Assembly (NCBI GenBank): GCA_002269645.1 | Contig: NIVC01001781.1 | Coordinates: 62,001 to 126,000 of the forward strand | Reading direction: 5' to 3' | From: Macrostomum lignano | Taxonomy: Eukaryota | DNA length: 64,000 bases | Shown: positions 26,226 through 39,394 of the stretch, piece after piece | Position numbering within the stretch: the first letter of the stretch is position 1 | How the letters are laid out: each line of letters opens with the position of its first letter | The notes under the pieces: generated by a model | What the model saw: only the letters and a program-made list of their open reading frames with translations | Told to the model about the DNA's origin: nothing | Databases searched by the model: none | Translations under genes and position numbers: made by a program

Positions 26226-29200
26226 ATGGAGCTCAACGTGGCAACACCGGTGCAGTCAGGATATCACCTCGTTGGATTGAATCATTGTGCAACTAATTCA
26301 CTTGGAAGAAGGTAAATGATTATTTTTTCATTTATGACAGTTAATCTCCGATGGTTCAAAGATGTCCCTGAAGATTACAGTTGGGGCCCAATGCCTTTAA
26401 GCTACCGATTTGGCGCCCAATGCCTTAAAGCTACCGATTTGGCGCCCAATGTCTTTAAGCTACCGATTTGGTGCCCAATGTCTTTAAGCTACCGATTTGG
26501 CGCCCAATGTCTAAGCTACCGATTTGGCGCCCAATGTCTTTAAGCTACCGATTTGGCGCCCAATGTCTTTAAGCTACCGATTTGGCGCCCAATGTCTTTA
26601 AGCTACCGATTTGGTGCCCAATGTCTTTAAGCTACCGATTTGGCGCCCAATGTCTTTAAGTAGGGGTGTTCGGGGTTCGGGGTCGGGTCGGGTTTCGGGT
26701 CGGGTTTTGGTACCGGGTTCGGGGTTCGGGGTAGGTGTTCCGGGTCGGGTTCGGGGTTCGGGGTAGGGGTACCGGGTTCGGGGTTCGGGTCGGGTTTGGC
26801 CACCGGGTTTTCGGGGTTTTCGGGGTTTTGAACAATTTATCATTCTCAATAGTATTTTCAAGCACTTTTTACTCCTTATGCAAAATCCACAATGCGAAAG
26901 ATATGCATTGAGTTTCAGGTACAACTTAAGTTATATTTTACATACAATTTGAAACGGAAATAGCAGATAGAACCATGGATTCATTTACACTTTCTGGTAA
27001 ATAACGATTGTCGTTTTTCGACCCATTCAGTCTTGCAGTTGATGATTTAAAAAATTACGTTCAGTAATAATTTTACATGTGCTACGTGTAACATGGTCTG
27101 AACTTCTGGATTGGATGAGGAAGCTTAAAATTTATAAATACACTATTATTCTCCACGCATCAGTCGCCAATAATCAATTATCACAATGATTACCTACTCA
27201 TATCAGCATACAATTTTATGTAAAGACGTCACTTTAGTTTTTACATAGCAATTCTGTTATACCACTACTGACTTACTGTTAACTGTAGTCAAAAGTAAAA
27301 ATAAATAAATATTTGTGATTAACTCCCCTGTTTCATTGCATCATTGTTTTATCTGTGCTATCTCTATCGCTCTAGTTCTATCTCTACTGATATCTACACT
27401 ACAGGGTATAATCTAATTTTATTGTACTCTATTTTTGCAGCTTAAATAGGCCTAAACTCATAGATGTAATATTACTAAGAAAGCAATTTCGTTGTAAGTA
27501 TAGGTACGAAATGGTCCTGATTTTAGTTGTGACCTTTCATGTATCTTACTATTAGATCTTGGGTCTTGGTATTCCTTCCATCTCAACCCCAATCCCATTG
27601 CAAGAAGTGTTTCATATTTCTTTTCCTAGTTGTAGAGTAGCTAAGGGAAATAAAACCACAAGGCTAAGTGGTTGAAGCTGTTAAGGCACATCTCAATATA
27701 TAAAACTGAATTTGAAACTGAAATTCAAAACTGAAAACTGAATTTATTAAAATGATTGACCAAAATAAGCGTGAAAATGTTCGGGGTTACGTTCGGGGTC
27801 GGGTCGGGTTTTGGTACCGGGTTCGGGGTTCGGGGTTGGAAGAAATGTTCGGGACGGGGTTCGGGGTTCGGGGTAGGGGTACCGGGTTCGGGGTAAACCC
27901 CGAACCCCGAAAAAATGGCCGACCCGAACACCCCTATCTTTAAGCTACCGATTTGGCGCCCAATGTCTTTAAGCTACCGATTTGGCGCCCAATGTCTTTA
28001 AGCTACCGATTTGGCGCCTAATGTCTTTAAGCTACCGATTTGGTGCCCAATTTCTTTAAGCTACCGATTTGGCGCCCAATGTCTTTAAGCTACCGATTTG
28101 GTGCCCAATGTCTTTAAGCTACCGATTGCGTAGCATTTAAGACTTTATTGCTATACAGAAATCAGGATAGCATTCAGGATAGATTTATTTTAATAAATCC
28201 CGATCAAATTTATCCGAAATTTTAGGTTTGGCAACGGCCGACGGCCGATGCCGCTCACCAGCCTCCGAGAAGTCGCTGTTACTCCACCAAGCGCAGTCCG
28301 CACTCTCGCATCGTCTCCCTTGACAACGGCCACGCGGACGCCCCTGCCAACGCCCTGTCGGATAGCAACTAATCCTCGTTGCCGCCGACGAACGCCGGAA
28401 TTAGCCGTTGCTATGGTAACCACTCCGTCAAGGCTGCAGCAGCAGTCACCGAAGCAGCACCCGCAGCAGCCGCAGCCGCAGACACCCGCAAACAGTTGGA
28501 CTTTCAAGCGTCTTGCTGGCAGGATTCGACGAACGATGAGTTCAACAGAGGCCGCCGCTGCCGAAGCTCAGGCCGGCTCAGACACTGAGCGAGCGGTTGT
28601 TAAAAAACCGGCCGCCACTCTGCAGCGACTGTTTCGTCACCTGGTTGGCCCGGCAACGGCAGACGGAGGCGGCAGGATTCTCAAACTGCATCCGGACGGT
28701 TCGAGAACTGTGCGACTTCACCGGCCAATTGGTGGACGATTCGGATTTTATGTTGCCAAGGAGAGTCGAGGAGGTGAGCAGTTTGAAAGTTTTGTGAAAT
28801 GTTTATTACTTCATTGACATGGCGATTGATTAGAAAAATTTCCTTTGTAGTCAGTCTCTTAGACGTATTCGCGACCCCTTTTGACTTCATCAGTCTTTGC
28901 ATGACCCCCATTGACCTCCCCGGTCTCTGCATGACCCACTGACCTTCCCAGTCTCTGCATGACCCACTGACCTCCCCAGTCTCTGCATGATCCCCATTGA
29001 CTCATCTGGCCCCTCATTGGCTCCCCCAGTCTCTGAAAGTCTCTATCGACTCCCACCAACTTCTTCATATACCTCATAAAATCATACACGAGTTTATACT
29101 TTTTTACAATTTGATTAAAAATATTTGTCAGATGGCTGGTTCTAATAATATTTTCCAAGCTGATGCACCCCCATGATTACGCAATAGCATGAACGCATTT

Positions 29201-30769
29201 CTATATGATTTTCTTCATGCTTTGGCAGGGAACGAACAAAGCGACTTTTTAAAGGGTCGCGTGTTGTAATATTGAGCAGAGTTTGAGCAGACCTTTGAGC
29301 AAACAGTTGCCCCGAGGGGTTCCTCGCTGAGCAAAGCTAGGAGTTGCCTGTCTCTCTAACCTTGAGGAAGTGGCGCCTTGCTGCGGCCTCCACCTTTGAT
29401 GTTAATTATAGCTCACTTGGCACCAAGCCAGACCATGCTGCCCGGCATATAGACAAAGACTTTTCGGTATAGATAAAGACCATAGGAATATGTCCAGTTT
29501 AGGAGGAGGTGACAGGTCAATTTAAAAGCAAAATGGCTAGTTCAACAAAATTTCAAATTCTTTGCATTCTTCTAAATTTATTTAATTGACAACTACGAGA
29601 TCCGAAATTGAGGCTTGTTTAGAGTCTGTTATTCCGCTGTAAAATACTGGACAGAATGGAAGGCAGTACGTAAATGTAGGGAGAGCGAGTAAAGGGTGAG
29701 AGACTGAAGGGAGAGAGAGTGAAGGGAGAGAGAGGGTGGAGGGAAAGAGTGGGAAGGGAGAGAGTGTGAAGGGAGATAGTGTGAGGGGAGATAGTGTGAA
29801 GGGAGAGAGAAGGGAGAGAGTGTGAAGGGAGATAGTGTGAAGGGAGAGAGTGTGAAGGGAGATAGTGTGAAGGGAGAGAGTGTGAAGGGAGATAGAGTGA
29901 AGGGAGAGAGAAGGGAGAGAGTGTGAAGGAAGAGAGTGTGAAGGGAGAGAGTGTGAAGGGAAAGAATGGGAAGGGAGAGAGTGTGAAGAGAGACAGTGTG
30001 AAGGGAGAGAGAAGGGAGAGAGTGTGAAGGGAGATAGTGTGAAGGGAGATGGTGTGAAGGGAGAGAGAAGGGAGAGAGTGTGAAGGGAGAGAGTGTGAAG
30101 GGAGATGGTGTGAAGGGAGAGAGAAGGGAGAGAGTGTGAAGGGAGAGAGTGTGAAGGGAAAGAGTGTGAAGGGAAAGAATGGAAAGGGAGAGAGTGTGAA
30201 GGGAGATAGTGTGAAGGGAGATAGTGTGAGGGGAGATAGTGTGAAGGAAGAGAGAAGGGAGAGAGTGTGAAGGGAAAGAATGGGAAGGGAGATAGTGTGA
30301 AGGGAGATAGTGTGAAGGGAGAGAGAAGGGAGAGAGTGTGAAGGGAAAGAATGGGAAGGGAAAGAGTGTGAAGGGAGAGAGTGTGAAGGGAAAGAATGGG
30401 AAGGGAGAGAGTGTGAAGGGAAAGAATGGGAAGGGAGATAGTGTGAAGGGAGAGAGTGGAAAGGGAGAGATCCAGGAAAGAGTGAGCCAGACCGACTGAA
30501 AGCAGGAAGACTTAAGGGCAGAAGTCCGAACTCTACCATTGGCCAATACTGTAGCAAAAGCTGATTTCACTGACCACCTCTGCCTCACAGACCTGGTTCT
30601 GACCAGATTCCACGATCCTGCAGCACAGCAGAGGTGCCGCGGTCTCCTGGCACCCGGCGACAAAATCATCGAGCTGGAGGGCGACCCGGCCAGTCAGCTG
30701 GGGCTGGCCGACATTCGGGCGCGACTGGCTCATCGGCGGAGTCTGCGGCTTCGAGTTGTTTGCGGTTGA
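26226..30769 (+). CDS. Small protein with one C-terminal PDZ domain (Par-6/KIAA1614-like PDZ), ~270 aa
   Basis: Exons 26226-26311, 28226-28773, 30591-30769 with consistent phases (2, 1). The spliced C-terminus RTVRLHRPIGGRFGFYV...DLVLTRF...GLLAPGDKIIELEG...IRARLAHRRSLRLRV has the PDZ GFGF-type loop and GDxIxE motif. The first exon is less certain. Confidence 0.7.
26383..28127. repeat. 29-bp minisatellite split by a hAT insertion
   Basis: Unit AGCTACCGATTTGGCGCCCAATGTCTTTA at 26383-26660 and 27937-28127. Confidence 0.9.
26661..27936. mobile_element. Non-autonomous hAT-type element (1276 bp)
   Basis: 14-bp TIR TAGGGGTGTTCGGG / CCCGAACACCCCTA. 8-bp TSD TCTTTAAG at 26653-26660 and 27937-27944. 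Subterminal CGGG(G)TT arrays at both ends. AT-rich interior with no transposase ORF. Confidence 0.9.
28895..29035. repeat. Short ~28-bp tandem repeat
   Basis: CTCTGCATGACCCACTGACCTCCCCAGT-like unit, 4-5 degenerate copies just after the PDZ exon-2 donor. Confidence 0.7.
29690..30470. repeat. Purine-rich ~15-bp repeat in PDZ intron 2
   Basis: Unit GTGTGAAGGGAGA(G/T)A and variants. Confidence 0.9.
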
Positions 30770-31052
30770 GCGAACTCTTCCGTGGGAGCCTGCACTACTG
30801 TTAGTAGGATGCATTTTTACTCTATTTTTAGTGTTTTAATTTTTTGCCATCAGCCACACGCTCTTCTATGTATTTCTTGGAAATTGGATGCTCTGCATTT
30901 TGTTGTAAATAAGCTCTGTTTTTTCCATCTTTGTTTTAATGAATTGAAGCACACTGTGCATGTGTGTTTGAGCTTGCAATAAAATCTCAACTAATCTATG
31001 ACTGTTTTGTCTTCCTATTTTATAAAATATTTTATGCTTTTAATGGAAGCTA

Positions 31053-31648
<596 letters not shown>

Positions 31649-32296
31649 TTATTATTAACAAAATATTGGTATTGTTTAGTCTGTCTCAAAGGATTTAACA
31701 AACAATTCTTGTCAAAATTCAACGATCGGGTAAAAGTTATTCAACAATTTGTGAAATTCATCACTTGAAGCATTTTTCGCATTCCCTAGAATTTCATTCC
31801 CGCCACTCAAATACGGACTCAATCAATTCGAATACGAGTATACGGTGACTCGAGAAGTCTCAAAAAACTAACATTCATTAGTTAACAGCCATCAGTCAGA
31901 TGCTGTCAGTGGTAAGCCTTCGGTCCTCTCGATTTCGACACCTTCATAAACCTGCAATTATTGATTCAATAATATATTAGATTTGAGTTGATTTGAGTTG
32001 AGTTGAGTGAGTTGAGGGGTTGGCCTGCACTGCAATTGCGCAACAAATCCTTTTAAAAGCTGGTGTTAAGAAGGCTGGAAAAGTGAGGGTGGGAGCGAGG
32101 TGAGCCAATGATGTAATGTTGAGGATTTTTTATCCAATTTTAGCAAATCTTTTTCTGCTGTAGCGGTTTTCTGAGCTCCGCTGTCCCGTTTACTTAAAAA
32201 AAGAAATTACACTGTTCATCTTATCAATCAGGCTTTCGGTTGGCACCTCATTATCGCTTTCTGTGTTGCAGCACCTGCCTGCTTCTCTGCTTCTAT

Positions 32297-32775
32297 GTCC
32301 GTCTCAGTGTCTGTGTCAGTGTCCGTCTCAGTGTCTGTCTCAGTGTCTGTCTCAATGCCTGTCTCAGTGTCTGTCTCAGTGTCTGTCTCAGTGTCTGTCT
32401 CAGTGTCTGTCTCAGTGTCTGTCTCAATGCCTGTCTCAGTGTCTGTCTCAGTGTCTGTCTCAGTGTCTGTCTCAGTATCTGTGTCAGTGTCCGTCTCAGT
32501 GCCTGTCTCAGTGTCTGTCTCAGTGTCCGTCTCAGTGTCTGTCTCAGTGCCTGTCTCAGTGCCTGTCTCAGTGTCTGTCTCAGTGCCTGTCTCAGTGTCT
32601 GTCTCAGTGTCTGTCTCAGTGTCTGTCTCAGTGTCCGTCTCAGTGTCTGTCTCAGTGCCTGTCTCAGTGCCTGTCTCAGTGTCTGTCTCAGTGCCTGTCT
32701 CAGTGTCTGTCTCAGTGTCTGTCTCAGTGTCTGTCTCAGTGTCTGTCTCAGTGTCTGTCTCAGTGTCTGTCTCAT
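32297..32775. repeat. 12-bp repeat (CTCAGTGTCTGT)n
   Basis: About 40 copies. Confidence 0.95.
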
Positions 32776-33209
32776 TGTCTTTGTGTAGTTGACTAAGTAT
32801 TCTAAGAATCGAAATTTAAAAAATTCCTCAAAGAAACGAATTGATAATTTAAGGAACCAGTTTTTGCTGATCAAATTTATGCCAGGACAGACAGATGTGA
32901 CCAGATAAAACAGTGTTGTATAAGGTTATTCTGTCATTAAAAATTCTAGTTCAATTTAAGAAGTAATTAGCTTTAACACGAGTTCTTTGTTACTAAGGCC
33001 AACATTTCTCGCCCCGAGAACTGCAGTTACTCTCTGTTAACATGACGACAAAGACCTTATCTTTGTTAATTTGCCAAATCCCTGACAGGTGTGCCTTATC
33101 AGTTGACTCTGCCACCGGAGCAGCGGCCAAGCGATTAAAAAAACCTTATCACTGGTTTCAAATTAAGCTCTTAGTCTGTTTTGTAATTGGCGTAGAAGTG
33201 AGTGAATCT

Positions 33210-33460
33210 TGTTGGCGCCAACAATGAGTGAATCATGTTGGCGCTAATAATGAGTGAATCATGTTGGCGCTAATAATGAGTGAATCATGTTGGCGCTAAC
33301 AATGAGTGAATCATGTTGGCGCTAACAATGAGTGAATCATGTTGGCGCTAACAATGAGTGAATCATGTTGGCGCTAACAATGAGTGAATCCTGCTGGCGC
33401 TAACAATGAGTGAATCCTGTTGGCGCTAACAATGAGTGAATCATGTTGGCGCTAACAGTG
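33210..33460. repeat. 26-bp minisatellite with TTGGCGC core
   Basis: Unit TGAGTGAATCATGTTGGCGCTAACAA, about 9 copies. Confidence 0.95.
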
Positions 33461-34131
33461 AATAAGTCTAAATTCGGAGCATCAAAGTTGGTCGTGAGTT
33501 CCCGGCAACCTAGAAATTGATCCTCATTATGAAAAAATCAAAACCTTACATAGATAGCTTCATCAAGCAAGCTTGCCAATCAGATGATTATGGCGAGTTT
33601 GTTTGCCTTCAACAAATATTGCATGCATAGATGAAGGCTACCGACTGCCTGCCTGGTAGGTTAGACAAACATCAAATTCAATCTTTGAAGGGTCATACTT
33701 GAATCGATTAAAAGATTCTACTTAGAGAAAATTATTTTTTGTGGTTTTATCAATTCGTTTCTGCTTTTCTATTTGCTTTTCCTAGCTGTTCAGAAAAGTT
33801 TTCTCCAGAGCAAATAGTTGGTCCATAAATTTTCTGAGGCTGTTAAGTGAGTTCTTTTACTGTTCAATGTCGATGTTAATCTACATGTACATGTATGCTA
33901 GCTTGATTGTTATTCATGAGTTGTTCTTGGCTAAATATGAACTGTTTTATAGTTTATAATGTATGAACTATTCAGTTCTCTCTGTGTAAAAGCAGTTGTG
34001 AGTGTGACACTGACATTCTTTGGCTTCCATGGCATTCTTGATTCTTCAGCATATTCACTCAGCCTCCCTTCCATGGCGCTTACCTGCTCGCTTCCCTCCT
34101 CACCTTTCTTCCTAATTTCCTGTCTCCATTC

Positions 34132-34520
34132 TCCCTGTCCTCTCCTCTCCTCTCCTCTCCTCTCCTCTCCTCTCCTCTCCTCTCCTCTCCTCTCTCCTCT
34201 CTCCTCTCTCTTTTCCTCTCTCCTCTCCTCTCTCTTCCCTTCTCCCTCCTCTCCACTCTCCTCTCTCCTCTCTCTTCTCTCCACTCCCCTCTCTCTTCTC
34301 CTCTCTCCTTTCCTCTCTCCTCTCCTCGCTCCTCTCTCCTCTCTCTTCTCTCCACTCTCCACTCTCCTCTCTCCTCTCTCCTCTCTCCTCTCTCCTCTCT
34401 CCTCTCTCCACTCTCCTCTCTCCTCTCTCCTCTCTCCTCTCTCCTCTCTCCTCTCTCCTCTCTCCTCTCTCCTCTCTCCTCTCTCCTCTCTCCTCTCTCC
34501 TCTCTCTTCTCTCTTCCCCT
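34132..34520. repeat. Polypyrimidine (CTCCT)n / (CTCTCCT)n tract
   Basis: Almost pure C/T on the + strand. Confidence 0.95.
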
Positions 34521-35282
34521 TCCTTTTTACTAGTAATCCTTCTCTCGTCTTCTCTTATCTCTACTTCTTCATCTTCTCTGTCCTTTTTAAGTATTTTTTC
34601 ATCATTCTGTTTGTCGAAAAAGAAGAAATTAAAGTTCGTTCGACTATCTTATTTAAAAATAATGTTGCTGTCTTATAAGTAGACTTTGAGTAGTGTGCTG
34701 CAGATCTCATCTGTATAATTTTCGTGATTAACAAAAAAAGCAATGATGAACTCAACTTTTAAAGGTTCAATACAGGCACAGTCTAATTTCCAATGACACC
34801 ATTTTTTTATACAATGCCTTTCTCTTGCAGACAAAGCAAACTTTGCTCAGGCAAAATATGAGCAAGTCCTATTTGCTAAAACTAAACTCAAAGAATCCAC
34901 AAATAGTTCTTTATACCCTCGACAAACAAAAAAGGTAAACTGAAAAAAGTTTTTTAAAAATATCCAGTAGTTGACTTGGAGACCAAACAGGTACCCAAGT
35001 TGATAAGGCGGCTAAGCCGCTAAGGCTTGAGTAAGTTGATCCGCTATATATCTTGCCGACAGATGTAGATAAGGCCTCAGCTCATTTGCTAGGCAAATAT
35101 TGACTACTGCAACAGCCACTAAGTCACACTTATGCAAATATAAGTTTTTTTCTGAGGCCTTTCAACTAGTAATGGGTTCAGGAGTAGATTGACATCCTCT
35201 GTGCACTCTGCTTTGCGTTCTCTTGCAGACAGAGCTCGTGTATGTTCTTCTGGAGCATGGCGTGAGACAGTCTGGGGGTTGA

Positions 35283-35651
35283 ATTGGCGCCTAGCATATC
35301 TAATTGGCGCCTAGCATATCTAATTGGCGCCTAGCATATCTAATTGGCGCCTAGCATATCTAATTGGCGCCTAGCACATCTAATTGGCGCCTAGCACATC
35401 TAATTGGCGCCTAGCATATCTAATTGGCGCCTAGCATATCTAATTGGCGCCTAGCATATCTAATTGGCGCCTAGCATATCTAATTGGCGCCTAGCATATC
35501 TAATTGGCGCCTAGCATATCTAATTGGCGCCTAGCATATCTAATTGGCGCCTAGCATATCTAATTGGCGCCTAGCATATCTAATTGGCGCCTAGCATATC
35601 TAATTGGCGCCTAGCATATCTAATTGGCGCCTAGCATATCTAATTGGCGCA
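35283..35651. repeat. 20-bp minisatellite with TTGGCGCC core
   Basis: Unit AATTGGCGCCTAGCATATCT, about 18 near-perfect copies. Confidence 0.97.
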
Positions 35652-35882
35652 TCCATGACGCATTTATCCAGTCTCTGGTACTCTACCCGGACTTGACTGT
35701 CTGCGCACTACTTGTCAAGTTATAAATCATGCTTTCCTTTAAATTAACATGTTACAGAGTCAAATTTTGCTTTCGAGAATTCAATTGTCTTCTGAGCTTT
35801 TTTATGACTTCCCTTTTTGGATGACTGGGCGGCATCGCTCAGGAAGTGATAAATTGCATGTGTATGAGTTATCTGCTTACCA

Positions 35883-36503
35883 TTCCTCCTCTCCTCTCCT
35901 CTCCTCTCCTCTCCTCTCCTCTCCTCTCCTCTCCTCTCCTCTCCTCTCCTCTCCTCTCCTCTCCTCTCCTCTCCTCTCCTCTCCTCTCCTCTCCTCTCCT
36001 CTCCTCTCCTCTCCTCTCCTCTCCTCTCCTCTCCTCTCCTCTCCTCTCCTCTCCTCTCCTCTCCTCTCCTCTCCTCTCCTCTCCTCTCCTCTCCTCTCCT
36101 CTCCTCTCCTCTCCTCTCCTCTCCTCTCTCTCTTCTCCTCTCCTCTCCTCTCCTCTCCTCTCCTCTCCTCTCCTCTCCTCTCCTCTCCTCTCCTCTCCTC
36201 TCCTCTCCTCTCCTCTCCACATTCCTCTCTCCTCTCTCTTCTCTCCACTCTCCACTCTCCTCTCTCTTCTCCTCTCTCCTCTCCTCTCCCTTCCCTTCTC
36301 TCTCCTCTCCACTCTTCTCTCTCCTTTCTCCTCTCCTCTCTCCTCTCTCCTCTCTTCTCTCCACTCTCCTCTCTCCTCTCTCCTCTCTACTCTCCTCTCT
36401 CCTCTCTCTTCTCTCTTCTTTTCTCCTCTCTCCTCTCTCTTCTCCTCTCTTCTCTCCACTCTCCGCTCTCCTTTCTCTTCTCTCCTCTCTCCTCTCCTCT
36501 CCT
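35883..36503. repeat. Polypyrimidine (CTCCT)n tract
   Basis: Long perfect CTCCT run followed by a degenerate C/T tract. Confidence 0.95.
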
Positions 36504-37204
36504 TTTCAATGATTCAAAACAGTACAGACGACAGAATAGACGAAAGTATAGAAAGATAAGGTAAATAGTGCACAAGATATTTTATGACCTATTTTAATAT
36601 TAGCAGCATGCTATACAAATCTTCTACGAAAATTAGTCAATATAAAATGTTTCAAAGCGAAACAGGTCTCAACCTACAGCCGAGTCAAATACTGCGCAAA
36701 AGGACTGGAAAAGCCAGTTTTTGCCGGCCTGTATGCAACTGCAGTTGCTAAGCAGAATGTCTTCACCTCCAACTGCCGAGTTAAGTACATCGAGCTCAAT
36801 AAATTATGCGACAATTCTAATCTCTAACTCTTATGCTGCTAAGATTGGTACGGCACCAACCCCTAGCACTGGCGGCTCTTATCTTGCCTATGAAATCTCT
36901 GCTGTAAACTCGACAAATTAATTCAATTTTGCGGAATGAATGACAACTTGCTTGCAATTGATGGCTGACTTTCATTTACGGTTAGTTTGAATCTTTGAAA
37001 ATGATGACTGACAGGTTGGTTGGGGACTGATTGACAGGTGTCGCTGGCTGGTGCGACCGATGTGTCTGTGCGTCTTCAATATTCAGCTTGTACTTGGCAT
37101 TTTTGAACTTTTATGGGAAGCTTGTTCATTTTGTGTAGTTTGTTAAGTTTTCTTATAATGATTAGATTAATAAAGTACATCTTGGTAATGATTGAATGAG
37201 TCTG

Positions 37205-39125
37205 AATCTCTGTGTGTCTCTGCGTGTCTTTGTGCCTCTTTCTGTGTGTCACTCTGTGTCTCTGTGTCTCTTTGTGTGTCTCTCTGTGTGTCTCTGCGTG
37301 TCTTTGTGTCTCTTTCTGTGTGTCACTCTGTGTCTCTGTGTCTCTTTGTGTGTCACTCTGTGTGTCTCTGTGTGTCTTTGTGTCTCTTTCTGTGTGTCAC
37401 TCTGTGTCTCTGTGTCTCTTTGTGTGTCTCTCTGTGTGTCTCTGTGTGTCTTTGTGTCTCTGTGTGTCTCTGCGTGTCTTTGTGTCTCTTTCTGTGTGTC
37501 ACTCTGTGTGTCTCTGTGTGTCTTTGTGTCTCTTTCTGTGTGTCACTCGGTGTGTCTCTGCGTGTCTTTGTGTCTCTTTCTGTGTGTCACTCTGTGTCTC
37601 TGTGTCTCTTTGTGTGTCACTCTGTGTGTCTCTGTGTGTCTTTGTGTCTCTTTCTGTGTGTCACTCTGTGTCTCTGTGTCTCTTTGTGTGTCACTCTGTG
37701 TGTCTCTGTGTGTCTTTGTGTCTCTTTCTGTGTGTCACTCTGTGTCTCTGTGTCTCTTTGTGTGTCTCTCTGTGTGTCTCTGTGTGTCTTTCTGTCTCTT
37801 TTTGTGTCCCTGTATGTCTTTCTGTGTGTCTTTTTGTGTCTCTGTGTGTCTTTCTGTCTCCTTTTGTGTCCCTGTGTGTCTCTGTGTGTCCTTCTGTCTG
37901 TGTGTCTCTGTGTGTCTCTGTGTCTCTGTGTCTCTTTGTGTGTCTCTCTGTGTGTCTCTGTGTGTCTCTGTGTGTCTTTCTGTCTCTTTTTGTGTCTCTG
38001 TGTGTCTTTGTGTGTCTTTCTGTCTCTCTGTGTGTCTCTGTGTGTTTCTGTGTGTCTTTCTGTCTCCTTTTGTGTCCCTGTGTGTCTCTGTGTGTCCTTC
38101 TGTCTGTGTGTCTCTGTGTGTCTCTGTGTCTCTGTGTCTCTTTGTGTCTCTCTCTGTGTGTCTCTGTGTGTCTCTGTGTGTCTTTCTGTCTCTTTTTGTG
38201 TCTCTGTGTGTCTTTGTGTGTCTTTCTGTCTCTCTGTGTGTCTCTGTGTGTTTCTGTGTGTCTTTCTGTCTCTTTTTGTGTCCCTGTGTGTCTTTCTGTG
38301 TCTTTTTGTGTCTCTGTGTGTCTTTCTGTCTCTTTTTGTGTCCCTGTGTGTCTCTGTGTGTCCTTCTGTCTCTCTGTGTGTCTCTGTGTCTCTGTGTCTC
38401 TTTGTGTGTCTCTCTGTGTGTCTCTGTGTCTCTGTGTCTCTTTGTGTGTCTCTCTGTGTGTCTCTGTGTGTCTCTGTGTGTCTTTGTGTGTCTTTTTGTC
38501 GCTCTGTGTGTCTTTCTGTTTCTTTTTGTGTCCCTGTGTGTCTCTCTGTCTCTCTGTGTGTCTGTGTCTCTGTGTCTCTTTGTGTGTCTCTCTGTGTGTC
38601 TCTGTGTGTCTATAAGTCTTTCTGTCTCTATGTGTGTCTTTCTGTCTCTTTTTGTGTCTCTGTGTGTCTCTGTGTGTCTTTCTGTCTCTCTGTGTGTCTC
38701 TGTGTGTCTCTCTGTCTCTCTGTGTGTCTGTGTGTCTCTGTGTCTCTTTATGTGTCTTTGTGTGTCTCTGTGTGTCTTTCTGTCTCTTTTTGTGTCTCTG
38801 TGTGTCTTTGTGTGCCTTTTTGTCGCTCTGTGTGTCTATAAGTCTTTCTGTCTCTATGTGTGTTTTTCTGTCTCTTTTTGTGTCCCTGTGTGTCTCTGTG
38901 CGTCTTTGTGTCTCTCTGTGTGTCTCTGTGTCTCTGTGTCGCTCTGTGTGTCTCTGTGTGTCTTTCTGTCTCTCTGTGTCTCTGTGTTTCTCTGTGTCTC
39001 TCTGTGTGTCTCTCTGTGTGTCTCTGTGTGTCTTTATGTCTCTCTGTGTCTCTGTGTTTCTCTGTGTCTCTCTGTGTGTCTCTCTGTGTGTCTCCGTGTG
39101 TCTCTGTCTTTCTCTGTCCGTCTCT
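37205..39125. repeat. Complex (TG/TC) low-complexity satellite
   Basis: TGTGTCTCT-type degenerate units, nearly A-free on the + strand, which gives long spurious C/V/S/L ORFs. Confidence 0.95.
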
Positions 39126-39394
39126 AAGTCAAGATCACGTTCCCATTATCGGGTGTGCCTATAATTCTAGCTGATCAAATTTCTGAATTTGCTGAGAGCA
39201 CACTCACCTTGCCATTACCGCAGGCGGGCCAAAACGTTGCAGCAAAGTCTGTCTTCATTGGCCGAGTCAAAACGCAAGCAAATGAGGCGAAAAACAGTCT
39301 GTATAAAACTGGCTCACTGCACCGCACATATCGTCAAATAGATTGACAAAAGGTACTGATAAAATAGTAGAAAAAATATTCGCTTGATTGTTTG

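Noticed and set aside
34831-34935. Possible isolated exon (TTTCTCTTGCAG acceptor, AAG/GTAAAC donor, open frames)
   Set aside because: No recognisable product and no partner exons could be linked.
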